Below, one piece after another: positions 1 through 12,200 of a stretch of DNA of 64,000 bases. The position numbers and the translations under genes were made by a program. Origin of the DNA: Octopus vulgaris (taxonomy: Eukaryota); contig OX597830.1 in NCBI GenBank assembly GCA_951406725.2, positions 64,852,001 through 64,916,000 of the forward strand, read 5' to 3'. The notes beneath the pieces are model-generated. The model ran no database searches, had not been told where the DNA came from, and worked only from the letters and a program-made list of their open reading frames with translations. Every line of letters starts with the position of its first letter. The stretch's first letter is position 1.

Positions 1-2
1 GA

Positions 3-473
3 CAACCTAAATCCCTAAAAAACCTCCTCACCAACGCAAAATTACACAACACAAACCCACCGCCCACCATCAAAAAATGTGGTCGCCCCAACTGTAAGAC
101 CTGCATCCACCTCATTGAGGGATCGTCGTACAAGTTCCACTCGGGACACACATTCATCATAAAAAATAACTTCACGTGCGCATCAAAAAATTTACTCTAC
201 GTCATAAGGTGTGAAGGATGCCACGAAGACTACATAGGGCAAACGAGCCTTACCCTCAGAGACAGAATGACAGTTCACCGACAACAACTGAGGGACCCCT
301 CCACAAGACAGATACCACTAAGTGGACACTTAGACCTTTGTGCACACAATAAGTCCCCCAAATTCTTAGTCTTCCCACTATACCAATGCTCGGACAACAC
401 CACAGACCAAACACGAATAAATAAGGAAAGTAATCTTATTCAAAAATACAGACCACAACTAAACATACTCTAA
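3..473 (+). CDS. Penelope-like retroelement ORF, C-terminal part (Cys-rich linker + GIY-YIG endonuclease), 5'-truncated by window edge
   Basis: Stop-free frame from nt 3: QPKSLKNLL...KKCGRPNCKTCIHL...NNFTCASKNLLYVIRCEGCHEDYIGQTSLTLRDRMTVHR...HL..C...KESNLIQKYRPQLNIL*. Contains the LLY..C..C..YIGQT, R..H, E and terminal P.LN motifs of PLE GIY-YIG, plus a Neptune-type CxxxxCxxC linker. Confidence 0.9.
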   Translation, partial: QPKSLKNLLTNAKLHNTNPPPTIKKCGRPNCKTCIHLIEGSSYKFHSGHTFIIKNNFTCASKNLLYVIRCEGCHEDYIGQTSLTLRDRMTVHRQQLRDPSTRQIPLSGHLDLCAHNKSPKFLVFPLYQCSDNTTDQTRINKESNLIQKYRPQLNIL

Positions 474-625
474 CATACCCCCTGGAAGCACATCCAGAGC
501 AAGCACACAGGGACGCGCGCACGCTCACAGCATATCGTGCGGGCGGGCACATGCGCGCATCGGCACGCATAGGACACACTAGCGGGCATTGACCGCACAC
601 ATACGTGGCATGCACACGCATGCAT

Positions 626-837
626 TATATATATGTGGGTGATATATGTGTGTGTGTGTGTGTGCACTGTGTGCGTGTGTGTGTATATGTGTGTGTGCGC
701 GCGTTGTATGTGTTTGTGTGTGTGCACGTGTGTATATATGTGTGTGTGTGTGTGCACTGTGTGCGGGTGTGTGTGTATGTGTGTGTGTGTGTGTGTGTGA
801 GCATTGTATACGTGTGTATGTATTTACATATGTATCT

Positions 838-889
<52 letters not shown>

Positions 890-1928
890 TGTGTGTGTAT
901 ATGCATGGTATGTGTGTATATGTTAGTACTTTGTTTGTGTGTATGTGCGGCATGTAGAGATATATTTGAGTGTGTACGCTATAGGTTTGTAATTTGTGTG
1001 TGTGGGGGGTGGTGAATTTTTTATATATATATGTGTGTGTGTATGTGTGTGAAAAAATATATGTATGTGCATGTATGTATGTATGTATGTGTGTATATAT
1101 ATATATATATATATGTGTATATATATGTGTGTGTGTGTATGTGTGTGTGTGTATATTTATTTGCATGTTTATGTGTGTATAAACATGTACATTATTTGCA
1201 TGCGCATTGTATATATGTATATTGTATGTATGTGTATTGTATATGTACGTGTACAATTAAGTGTATATATTTGTGTGTATGTGTGCACTGTATATATGTA
1301 TATTGTAGGTGTGCTATATGTGCATGAATACATGTATATGCATTGCGTGTATATATATGTATGCATTGTGTGTGTATGTATGTTATGTGTGTGTGTGTGT
1401 ATATATATATTATATGTATGCGTACGTGTATGTGTATGCATTGTATGTATGTGTGTTGTGTGTATATGTGGTACATCTATGGATGTGTATGTAAACACTA
1501 TTTATATGTATATATGTATATATGTATATGCATTGTCTATATATATATATATTGTATGTATGTATTGCGTATGTATATTGCATGCATATATTGTGTATGT
1601 ATATTACTTACATGCTGTATGTGTGTATTGTATGTGTGTATATATATATGCTAGGTGTATTTGTGTGATATTTATATTATGTATGTATGTGTGCGTGTGT
1701 TGTGTGTGTGTGTGTGTATGTGTGTTATATATCTGTGTATATTATATATAGATACATGTTATATTTGTGTGCTGTGTATATATGTGATATATGTGGGTGC
1801 GTTGTGTGTGGGTGTGTGTGTTCTGTGTGTGTGTGTGTTGTCTGTATGTGGTTTGTGTTTGTATACTATGTGTGTGTGTGTGTGTGTTGTTGTGTGTGTG
1901 TGTGTTTGTGTGTATATATATGTGTGTG
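626..1928. repeat. Compound (TG)n/(TA)n microsatellite
   Basis: Directly visible low-complexity tract. Confidence 0.95.
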
Positions 1929-2284
1929 ACAAACAGACGCTGTCTGACCAGCAGGCACGGACACATCTATTCACACCCGCATACTAACCTCCTGATAACC
2001 CCAAAATCATTCATGCATAAAGGGGAAGTATACACCACATTGGCTACTTCTGTTCCCTCAGTTCAGCCTTTCTGCTAATACTAACAGGTCAGTAAAAACA
2101 TACTTAAAATATTCTGAGATGGACAAAAAATCCATTTTAATTTTTGCTGTCAAAACGCTGTATATATATACCAAAGATTGTATATATATACATGTAATGT
2201 GACAATTTGCGACAACCAATAATTAACGCAACCAATTCCCAATAATATATTTGTTTTATCCTTTTCTGCCAAATTTTCCCAAAT

Positions 2285-2512
2285 AATGTGACAATTATGT
2301 ATAAAAAAACATTTTTGAATTCATAATATCCAATGTGACAATTATGTAAAAAACTTTTTTGAATGCATAATATTCAATGTGACAATTATGTAAAAAACTT
2401 TTTTGAACCCATAATATCCAATGTGACAATTATGTAAAAAACTTTTTTGAATGCATAATATTCAATGTGACAATTATGTAAAAAACTTTTTTTGAACCCA
2501 TATTATTCAATG
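2285..2512 (+). repeat. Minisatellite, about 5 copies of a ~44-47 bp unit (aatgtgacaattatgtaaaaaacttttttgaa..cataatat.c)
   Basis: Units start near 2285, 2332, 2376, 2420 and 2464. Confidence 0.9.
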
Positions 2513-2526
2513 TTTCCTTAAATGTA

Positions 2527-2567
2527 ACTTTTGACAATCTTTTACCAAAGAGTGAAACCGGTTAAGT
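2527..2567 (+). ncRNA. Degenerate minimal type-I hammerhead motif
   Basis: actt-TTGACAA-tcttt(tacc)aaaga-gt-GAAA-CCGG-TT-aagt: stem I, stem II and palindromic stem III (ACCGGT) are present, but the core deviates from CUGANGA. Confidence 0.5.
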
Positions 2568-2649
2568 AAATAAACATCGTTTAAATTGCATTTTCAAACC
2601 TTTTTTCTTATATAATCCCACTCGTGCGATACCCCACAACTCAACTTTT

Positions 2650-2713
<64 letters not shown>

Positions 2714-2750
2714 CGGATAGAGAGATAGATAGATCCATAGGTAGATAGAC

Positions 2751-2795
<45 letters not shown>

Positions 2796-2813
2796 CATAC
2801 ATACATACATACA

Positions 2814-2848
<35 letters not shown>

Positions 2849-2867
2849 GTATGTATGTATTTACTTT

Positions 2868-3032
2868 TCTAATCAAGGCACAAGGCCCGAAATTTTGGAT
2901 GATAGGACTAGTCGATTAGATCAACCCCAGAACGCATCTGGTACTTAAATTATCGACCCCGAAAGTCGACCGCGGCAGCATTTGAATTCAGAACGTAAAG
3001 ATAGACGAAATACTGCTAAACATTTCGCCCGG
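2868..3032 (-). mobile_element. tRNA-derived SINE (family A, Deu/Nin-like core), partial
   Basis: Reverse complement of the family at 7281-7890. Confidence 0.8.
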
Positions 3033-3039
3033 ATGTATG

Positions 3040-3098
<59 letters not shown>

Positions 3099-3125
3099 CA
3101 TATATATGTATATATATATATATGT

Positions 3126-3177
<52 letters not shown>

Positions 3178-3362
3178 TCTTTAATTCTTTTATTTGTTTC
3201 TGTCATTTGATTGCGGCGATGTTGGAGTACCGCCTTTGAGTCGCAGGAATTGTACTTTGTAAGCCTAGTATTTATTGTATCAGTCTGTTTTGCCGAACCG
3301 CTATATTACGGGGTCTTAAACACACCCACGTCAGTTGTAAAGCGATGGTGGGGATAAACACA

Positions 3363-3365
<3 letters not shown>
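3178..3365 (-). mobile_element. SINE family B, 3' part
   Basis: Matches the 3' half of 48436-48840. Confidence 0.8.
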
Positions 3366-3398
<33 letters not shown>

Positions 3399-3438
3399 TG
3401 TATGTATATTTATATACTCATGTCTATACTCATATATA

Positions 3439-3488
<50 letters not shown>

Positions 3489-4295
3489 GACACACACACA
3501 CACATATATATATACATGCTTGCATGTATATATAATGTATATATAATGCATACATACGTACATACAGACATACATACACAGAGATATATAACAACTTAAT
3601 TATGGAGGCAGCAGATTTGTTTTTTAAATTGTGAATGATTTCAAATGCGTAAGTTATATAAATACATTATTATCCTTCAGTCTAAACATACACTACTGTA
3701 AAAGTACAAAGCTCTCTTTACCCGATATCATGGCTAGAATCGATTACTTAATGCCGTCGTAGCAAAATGTCCACTCCTATCTTTATCCTGCAAAATGGCA
3801 GCAGTTTAGAACTAGTTATAAATATACTACACGTAACAGACACTGAATTTACTCTTTGGAAGTAGTACATTCGTATGAAGTTTGAATGAAAATATATTGA
3901 ACAAAGCACAGAAGCAGCATGTCTGTGAAATTAAATGCTTTTTTTCAAGATTTCGTTCTGTAAAAAGTAGTATACAGCATTCAATAAGGTGGAAAGAGCC
4001 GACATCAAACGCATGATTATGAAGTTATTCAAGATTTATCTAAGCATATGCTGTTTCTGTAAGTAATTTACATACACAACAAGCGAATGTACTGCTATGC
4101 AGCTTAGCAGAATCGACTCTTAGAATTAGCTCTGAACTGCTTCCAAATTTTGTAGGATGAAAATGAGCAGACACCATGCATACATACGCACATTCGTAAA
4201 GGTGAAAACGCATACAAGCACATATATATATATGTATGCGTGTTTGTGTTTGTGCGTCTGTGCGCGTGTGTCTGTGTGCACACGTGTGCGTGTAC

Positions 4296-4348
<53 letters not shown>

Positions 4349-4374
4349 ACAGAGAAAGAGAGAGAGAGAGAGAA

Positions 4375-4696
4375 TCCCTTCAGTTATGAATGACCCTGGA
4401 ATTACACCTACAAAGTTACCCTCCGAGGCCCAATTCCGGGCAAGTTTTTCTGAGGTCGACCAGCAGTCGCCCACGAACACCAGTCTTCCATTCTCCACAC
4501 CACAAATGCCGTTCAAAGGAAGGCCAAAGAGGTGCAGCTTGGCACCTGTGACGTCGCAACTCATTTCTACAGCTGAGTGAACTGGAACCACGTGAAATAA
4601 AGTGTCTTACTCAAGAACACGACACAGATCCCGCTCCGGGAATCGAACTCACAACCTCACGAGCCCGACGCTCTAATCTCTAAACCATGCGCCTTC

Positions 4697-4697
<1 letters not shown>
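4375..4697 (-). mobile_element. CORE-type tRNA-derived SINE (family C)
   Basis: Minus strand has a tRNA-like head with B box gagttcgattcc, then a CORE-like ttgtgttcttgagtaagacactttatttcacg..cagctgtagaaatgag; homologous to 47336-47670. Confidence 0.8.
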
Positions 4698-4768
<71 letters not shown>

Positions 4769-5957
4769 TTGTGTCTGTGTCTGTGTGTATGTGTGTGTGT
4801 GTGTATAACCGTGTAGATGTTATATTTATGTCTATGTAAATAGATATGCACATATATATTCATACGTTCATATGCGTTATATATGCACACACACGTATAC
4901 AAATATGTCTCTATATTTTTTTTATTTTAAGATATGCATACGTACATAGATACACACATGTGCACGCCCTCACATATAGTTTCAAAGTGTAGCAATTTAA
5001 TGAGTTGAAAACCATTTTTAATCGACTGAAATCATAAAAACAATACAAAGAAAATTCATTCGGTTTATTGCACACTACGCTCAAAGGAAACAAGGGAGAA
5101 AACTTCGAAAATCATAGTGGTAACTGAGGTGACATGTTCCGCTATAATAAAATGTCTTCAGCAAAATTTAGTCAAACTAAGTTCGTCTTGAAAGGCATAA
5201 AGGAAAACAGTGAAATTAATTTAGGCTACGAAAATAGGCACAAATTCATATTAAATATACAGAAATCAGGACAAAATTTACCTCATATTGACTAGAAAAG
5301 ACAATGGTCATTTAATTAAATAATAAATACTATTAATGCTTATATTGTGGTGTTCACTGTTCATGTATTTCGTTTGAGGTTCGTGCATAGTTTTTTTTTA
5401 TCGCATATCATAACAGTCCTTAAGAATTTACATTTTTTTACGTTGAAAGTGCTTTTCTGAATATAAGCATTTAAAAAAGTATATATTAAAATTAACACTA
5501 ACTGTATAAATAAATAAAGATTCCAATAACTCTTTTTTTCTTCTCAGGTGTGGTGGTGGGGTGGGTATGCATATAATTTATAAAATGTTACATAGGTAAT
5601 ATTTAACCAATGCAAAGTTAATAGCATCAAAACAAGTTTACAGTTCCTTATATTTTCAGTATTCAAAACGCAGAATTAGGGGTGGTGGTGGCTATGTGAG
5701 GAGTAGGGGTGGTTGCATACATTTTAAAATTTGTTAATATATTTCTCACACCAAAATGAACACCAAGCAATATGTGGAATCCGAATATAGAATTTCAACC
5801 CCGCCTGATTTGAACGTGGCCTTAAATTGTGATATTCTTATTTTTTAATGGGTTGAAGCAACAATGCACTTTGTTAATCTTCACCTCCTTCTCCTTCTCT
5901 CTCTCCCTTATGCTTTTCAATGTATGTATGGACATGTATATATCTATATATATATAT

Positions 5958-6438
5958 ATATTATATTATATTAAATTAGAGACAAAACCACTATTAGGCA
6001 AATCAAACAATGAAAAACTTAAGCCAATACATAAGATTATTTAATTTATATTATTTAAATATATAACAAAATTATTAAAAAAATATAATTAATATCACAC
6101 TACGATCGTTTCATGGCTGCTAACTTCTTCAGGAGGTTTAAATATTTATCTTGGCGAGGTTTAAACAATGAACTAAAATTTTGATTCAAAATTTTAGTTC
6201 ATTGTTTAAACCTCGCCAAGATAAATATTTAAACCACATGATGAATGACTGTGACTCAAAAATTTGAAGAAGTTAGCAGCCATGAAACGATCGTAGTGTG
6301 ATATTAATTATATTTTTTTAATAATTTTGTTATATATTTAAATAATATAAATTAAATAATCTTATGTATTGGCTTAAGTTTTTCATTGTTTGATTTGCCT
6401 AATAGTGGTTTTGTCTCTAATTTAATATAATATAATAT
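5958..6438. repeat. ~480-bp fold-back palindrome (PLE-like inverted terminal structure) centred at 6185
   Basis: Left and right arms are reverse complements apart from one asymmetric insert near 6236-6265. Confidence 0.95.
6235..6298 (+). ncRNA. Type-I hammerhead motif (C3>A variant)
   Basis: cac-ATGATGA-atgactgtgact...agttagcagccat-GAAA-CGATCG-TA-gtg with palindromic ACGATCGT stem III. The mirror arm (6098-6133, -) carries CTGAAGA...GAAACGATCGTA. Confidence 0.6.
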
Positions 6439-6508
6439 TTTACTATAAAATTGGATTCAATCCTAAATCTGATTTTTCCCTGTAAGTTTGGATTTATTCC
6501 CTAATATT

Positions 6509-6660
<152 letters not shown>

Positions 6661-6683
6661 TATATGAACACATACATACACAC

Positions 6684-7205
6684 AGGCACTGTCGTACCTG
6701 TGTGGTAAGAAGCTTGTTTCTCAATCACATGGTTCTGGGTTCAGACTCATTGTGTGGCACCTAGCACAGGTGTGTTCTACTTTAGCCTCGAACCAACCAA
6801 AGCTTTGTGAGTGGATCTGGTCGACGGAAAGAAGCTCGACGTATATGTATATATATATATATATATATAAAAACTCACTACCCCATATTTTACGTATATA
6901 TATACATACATATACATACAAACATACATACATATATATATATAATGTTTTTTGTGTGTAAGTGTGTCCGTTTGTGTCTTTGTCTCTGGGTCTGTCGCTC
7001 TACCACCGCTGGAGTACCGGTGCTGTTGTCTTTACCGCCCGGTAACCCAGTAGTTCGGCAAAAGAAAACGATACAATAAGCACCAGGCTTACAACTAATA
7101 AAAAAAGTAAGTGCCAGGATCGATGCATTTGACTACACAGTCTTCAAAGCGGTGCCCCAGCATGACCACAAGTCTAATGAGCGAAATAAGTGAACAGAAA
7201 CAAAA
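6684..7205 (+). mobile_element. SINE family B, diverged, with internal microsatellite
   Basis: Head gtgtggtaagaagcttg..ggttcag and tail aaagcggtgccccagcatgaccac. Confidence 0.75.
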
Positions 7206-7280
7206 GTTAAAATATATATACATGCATAGAGAGTTCCTCATGAACATGAATCCATGTGTAATATAATATGCCCGTGTCAG

Positions 7281-7890
7281 GCGGCGAGCTGGCAGAATTG
7301 TTAGCACGCCGGGCGAAATGCATAACCGTAATTCGTCTGCCGCTACGTTCTGAGTTCAAATTCCGCCGAGGTCGACTTTACCTTTCATCATTTCGGGGTC
7401 GATAAATTAAGTACCAGTTACGCACTGGGGTCGATGTAATAGACTTAATCCGTTTGTCTGTCCTTGTTTGTCCCCTCTGTGTTTAGCCCCTTGTGGGTAG
7501 TGAAGAAATAGGTATTTCGTCTGCCGTTACGTTCTGAGTTCAAATTCCGCCGAGGTCGGCTTTGCCTTTCATCCTTTCGGGGTCGATAAATTAAGTACCA
7601 GTTACGCACTGGGGTCGATTTAATCGACTTAATCCTTTTGTCTTTCCTTGTTTGTCACCTGTGTGTAGCCCCTTGTGGGCAGTAAAGAAATAAGAAACGT
7701 TAGCACGCTGGGCGAAATGCTTAGCGGTATTTTGTGTCTTTACGATCTGAGTTAAAATTCCGCCGAGGTCGACTTTGCTTTTTACCCTTTACGGGTGGAT
7801 AAATTAAGTACCAGTTGGGTACTGGGGTCGATCTAATCGACAGGCCCCTTCCCCCAAAATTTCGGGCCTTGTGCCTATAGTATAAAAGAA
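7281..7890 (+). mobile_element. tRNA-derived SINE family A (Deu/Nin-like core), internally trimeric
   Basis: Head ggcggcgagctggcagaat.., B box gagttcaaattcc, and core gcctttcatcctttcggggtcgataaattaagtaccag present three times. Confidence 0.9.
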
Positions 7891-7934
7891 TATGATATGC
7901 ACGTGTAAATGAAGAGATACGTATGTTTCCATGT

Positions 7935-8316
7935 ACTTTTACTTGTTTCAGTCATTTGACTGCGGCCATGCTGGAACACCGCCTTTAGTCGAGCAAATCG
8001 ACACCAGGACTTACTTTTTGTAAGCCTAGTACTTATTCTATCGGTCTCTTTTGCCGAACCGCTAAGTTACGGGGACGTAAACACACCAGCATCGGTTGTC
8101 AAGCGATGTTGGGGGACAAAATCAGAAACACAATCACACACACACACATACACACATATATATACATATACGTATATACGACAGGCTTCTTTCAGTTTCC
8201 GTCTACCAGATCCACTGATAAGTCCCGAGGCTATAGTAGAAGACACTTGCCAAAGATGCCTCGCGGTGGCACTGAACCCGGAACCATGTGGTTGGTAAGC
8301 AAGCTACTTACCACAT
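7935..8316 (-). mobile_element. SINE family B
   Basis: Reverse complement of 48436-48840. Confidence 0.9.
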
Positions 8317-8459
8317 GTAAAATTTGTCTATAGTGTGTGTTTGTATACATCTCGTCTCAACGTTTTAACATAGGCATCCGGCAGCGACATCAAACGGAGA
8401 CAACCATCTATTAATAACTCAATACAACCGATCAGTGGATTCGATACGAATAATAATAA

Positions 8460-8596
8460 CGGTTGTTGTGTTGTTGATGATGATGATGAAAAGGATGACG
8501 ATAGTGATGGTGGTGGTGGTGATAGTGGTGGTAGTGGTGGTTGTGGCGGTGGAGATGATGATGATGACAGCAATGGTAGCGGTGGTAATGATGATA

Positions 8597-8628
<32 letters not shown>

Positions 8629-9245
8629 GGTGGTGGAGATGGTAATGATGATGATGACAGCGATGGTGGTGGTAGTGGTAATGATGATAATGATGATGGT
8701 GGTGGTGGTGGTGGTAATGGAGGTGGTGGTGGTGGTGGTAGTGGAGGTTGTGGTGGTGGTGGTGGTGATGGAGATGGTAATGATGATGATGATGACGGTG
8801 ATGGTGTTGTTGGTGATGGTGATGATGATGATGATGATGTTGATTACGGTGATGATAATGATGGTGTTGGCGATGGAGGTGTGGGTGATGGTGGTAGTGA
8901 TGATGGGGATGATGATGATGATGATGATAATGATGACGGTGGTAGTGGTAGTGGTGGTGGTGGTGATGGTGGCGGTGGTGATGATAATGATGACGGCCAT
9001 GGTAGTGGTGGTGGTGGTGGTGTTAGTGATGATGATGATAATGATGGTGATGGCGATGGAGGTATGTCGTGATGGTGGTAGTGATGATGGTGATGACTGT
9101 GGGGTGCAGGCAGAGGTGGAGTAACGGGAGGATGACGATGATGACGATAATGATAAGGAGTATAAAGAGAACGATGATGACGATGGCGAAGATGATGTTG
9201 ACTATGATTATGATGATGATGATGATGGTGATGATGGTGATGAGG
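8460..9245. repeat. Compound (GAT)n/(GGT)n trinucleotide tract
   Basis: Directly visible. Confidence 0.95.
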
Positions 9246-9679
9246 ATGGCCGAAGATGATTGCACTATAAAGCAGAGTGCACCGAAACCGTTCATGAGTG
9301 AATTATTGCATTTAAAGACTGCGCATCTTTGAAGCAATGATAATGAGGATGACTGTGTCACGTGACTGGAGTGAGGGGTGTGAGTGGAGAGGATTGAGGA
9401 AATAGTGGAAGTATAAAGTGTATAAATAGTATGGTTAGCGCGTGCATTTGTGTGTGTGTGTATGTGTGCATTTGTGTGTGTATGTGTGTGTTGCGAGAAA
9501 ATGATGAAAGATTATGGGTGAAGAGGGAAAACATTGGGATGAGGAGAGGTAGGAGAAACTTTGATAGAAATAGAGAGAGGGAGAGGGAGAGAGAAAGAGA
9601 GAGAGAGATAATGCGAGAAAGTGCGAGAGAGGTTAGCAAGATGGTGATTGAGAGAGATGGAATATACACGGCAAACGAT

Positions 9680-9756
<77 letters not shown>

Positions 9757-9908
9757 TTTGTATATATATATATATGTGCGCGTGTGTGTATGTATATATG
9801 TATATATATATATATGTGTGTGTATATATATATTTGTATATATACATATATATACATACATATACATGTTTATATGTATATATATATATATTTATATATA
9901 TATATATT

Positions 9909-9985
<77 letters not shown>

Positions 9986-9993
9986 CTATACAT

Positions 9994-10145
9994 AGGTGCA
10001 GGCGTGGCTGTGTGGTGAGAAGCTTGCTTCCCAAGCACGTGGTTCCGCGTTCAGTCCCACTGCGTGGCACTTTCGACAACTGTCTTCCACTATACCTTCC
10101 GGCTTGTGAGTTGAGTTGGTGGATGGAAACTGAAAGGAGCACGTT
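9994..10145 (+). mobile_element. SINE family B 5' part
   Basis: ggtgcaggcgtggctgtgtggtgagaagcttgc...ggaaactgaaagg. Confidence 0.8.
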
Positions 10146-10147
10146 TT

Positions 10148-10197
<50 letters not shown>

Positions 10198-10323
10198 CAG
10201 CAAAATCAAGGAACGGCCATAATAGGCCATTCACCCACTAGAAATAACAGCCAAGGCTTCAACTGCAAAAACAACATTAATTCCGTAAACCAGGAGAAAA
10301 TTAAAAAAAACATTTACCCTGTA

Positions 10324-10430
10324 GTTCTTTATACGATGCACAGTTTCATCTATTGTTTAATGGTAAACCAACCTGATTAAATTAAATCAAGCTAGTCTTC
10401 CATAGGCCGATAGATTCATCAGTAAAGAAC
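10324..10430 (-). ncRNA. Type-I hammerhead ribozyme (inverted copy)
   Basis: Same as 10671-10777 with one stem-III substitution (GAAACTGTGCATCGTA). Confidence 0.75.
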
Positions 10431-10670
10431 GGCCAGATCGGAGCAGATATTTACACGAGGCACTTCCATCACTGTCTCGGCAATATCTGACCTAAAATTT
10501 TCAAATCATCGCACTCGCGCCAAATTTATCGGCAGCAAATATAAGCCGCCGATTCCATTACGGAATTAACCAGAAATTTGGCGCGAGTGCGATGATTTGA
10601 AAATTTTAGGTCAGATATTGCCGAGACAGTGATGGAAGTGCCTCGTGTAAATATCTGCTCCGATCTGGCC

Positions 10671-10777
10671 GTTCTTTACTGATGAATCTATCGGCCTATG
10701 GAAGACTAGCTTGAGTTAATTTAATCAGGTTGGTTTACCATTAAACAATAGATGAAACGGTGCATCGTATAAAGAAC
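10671..10777 (+). ncRNA. Type-I hammerhead ribozyme, canonical core
   Basis: gttcttta-CTGATGA-atctat[long hairpin]atagat-GAAA-CGGTGCATCG-TA^-taaagaac: 8-bp stem I, 6-bp stem II, GUA cleavage triplet ending at 10769. Confidence 0.9.
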
Positions 10778-11156
10778 TACAGGGTAAATGTTTTTTTAAA
10801 TTTTCTCCTGGTTTACGGAATTAATGTTGTTTTTGCGGTTGAAGCCTTGGCTGTTATTTCTAGTGGGTGAATGGCCTATTATCGCCGTTCCTTGATTTTG
10901 CTGTTGAATTTATAAATGGTCTATGACTATTTAATTTTTTCCCACTAGGCCGCTGGTGGCAAAAAAATTCTGCGAAATCTTTTGCCACCCTATATTGATT
11001 AATTATGAATTTTCTGGTTAATTCCGTAATGGAATCGGCAGCTTATATTTGCTGACGATAAATTTGGCGCGAGTGCGATGATTTGAAAATTTTAGGTCAG
11101 ATATTGCCGAGACAGTGATGGAAGTGCCTCGTGTAAATATCTGCTCCGATCTGGCC

Positions 11157-11263
11157 GTTCTTTACTGATGAATCTATCGGCCTATGGAAGACTAGCTTGA
11201 TTTAATTTAATCATGTTGGTTTACCATTAAACAATAGATGAAACGGTGCATCGTATAAAGAAC
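11157..11263 (+). ncRNA. Type-I hammerhead ribozyme, canonical core (tandem copy)
   Basis: Same motif 486 bp downstream; predicted cleavage after 11255. Confidence 0.9.
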
Positions 11264-11484
11264 TACAGGGTAAATGTTTTTTTAAATTTTCTCCTGGTTT
11301 ACGGAATTAATGTTGTTTTTGCGGTTGAAGCCTTGGCTGTTATTTCTAGTGGGTGAATGGCCTATTATCGCCGTTCCTTGATTTTGGTGTTGAATTTATA
11401 AATGGTCTATGACTATTTAATTTTTTCCCACTAGGCCGCTGGTGGCAAAAAAATTCTGCGAAATTTTTTGCCACCCTATATTGA

Positions 11485-11529
<45 letters not shown>

Positions 11530-11531
<2 letters not shown>

Positions 11532-12200
11532 TAAAAAATACAAACTGGGACAAGAACGCAAAACATTTAGAAGACGATACAAAAAACACGGACGGGACAT
11601 TCGAAGCCTTCAATCTTCAGTCAAGAACCGGATCATCCTCGCAATTTCGGCTGATTAATCTTGAGATTGCTCCAATATGGCCAGCCTCAAGGAAAATCTA
11701 AGCTAAGCGCATTAGATTCCTTGGAAGAAAGCTTCGAATGTATACAAAACAAAGACGGAAAAACGGACGATGTTACACGAATATGAATACAAAAATACGT
11801 AAAAACAACAATAATAATACGTAAAAACAATAATGATAATAATAATAATAACAAAAACAGGCGTCTTTCGACAGGACTTATTTGTTTCTCCCTCCCCACC
11901 TCATTGTCCCTCTCGACAACGCGAAGTCGTTGTCCGAAATAACAAAAGTACACGGCATCAGCGACAGGGTCTCGATGGTTCGCTTATGCTTATTGGTACT
12001 CGGCGCATTTAAATCCCAATAGTTCAATCCATGTAGCTGTAAGTATGTTCCACGCCGTACATAAAACAGCTGACATGTCGAATTAATCGCTGATACATTG
12101 GTGAGGAATGTGATAAATGAGTTCACCTCTTTACGACAGAAAAAAGCTGTACAAATCAGAAGCAATTGTCATCTTGGTAATACAATGTAAAGCCATTAAT
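11530..12200 (-). mobile_element. Probable decayed PLE 3' end with structured terminal repeat
   Basis: Minus-strand ...TYLQLHGLN resembles a PLE GIY-YIG terminus. The structured segment 11598-11740 is homologous to 25597-25742. It abuts (TA)n. Confidence 0.45.

Larger units (their letters stand above)
1..2656 (+). mobile_element. Penelope-like element 3' end (ORF end, microsatellite-rich UTR, putative pLTR with degenerate HHR, ends in (TA)n)
   Basis: GIY-YIG ORF, then unique 3' sequence with an HHR-like motif at 2527-2567 and a T-rich end abutting a TA tract. The 3' boundary is inferred. Confidence 0.6.
10198..11492 (+). mobile_element. Non-autonomous PLE/retrozyme-like element: inverted partial copy + 5'-truncated copy + full 486-bp monomer, inside (TA)n
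   Basis: 10574-11006 and 11007-11492 are head-to-tail with period 486. 10198-10576 is the reverse complement of the same unit. Each copy carries an HHR. Confidence 0.85.

Noticed and set aside
2285-2512. Regularly spaced repeats resembling a CRISPR array
   Set aside because: Whole units repeat with no unique spacers, the context is eukaryotic, and there are no cas genes; it is a minisatellite.
11630-11650. TCCTCGC suggesting an HDV-like ribozyme L3 loop
   Set aside because: Not conserved in the second copy, and no P1/P2/P3 pseudoknot could be built.
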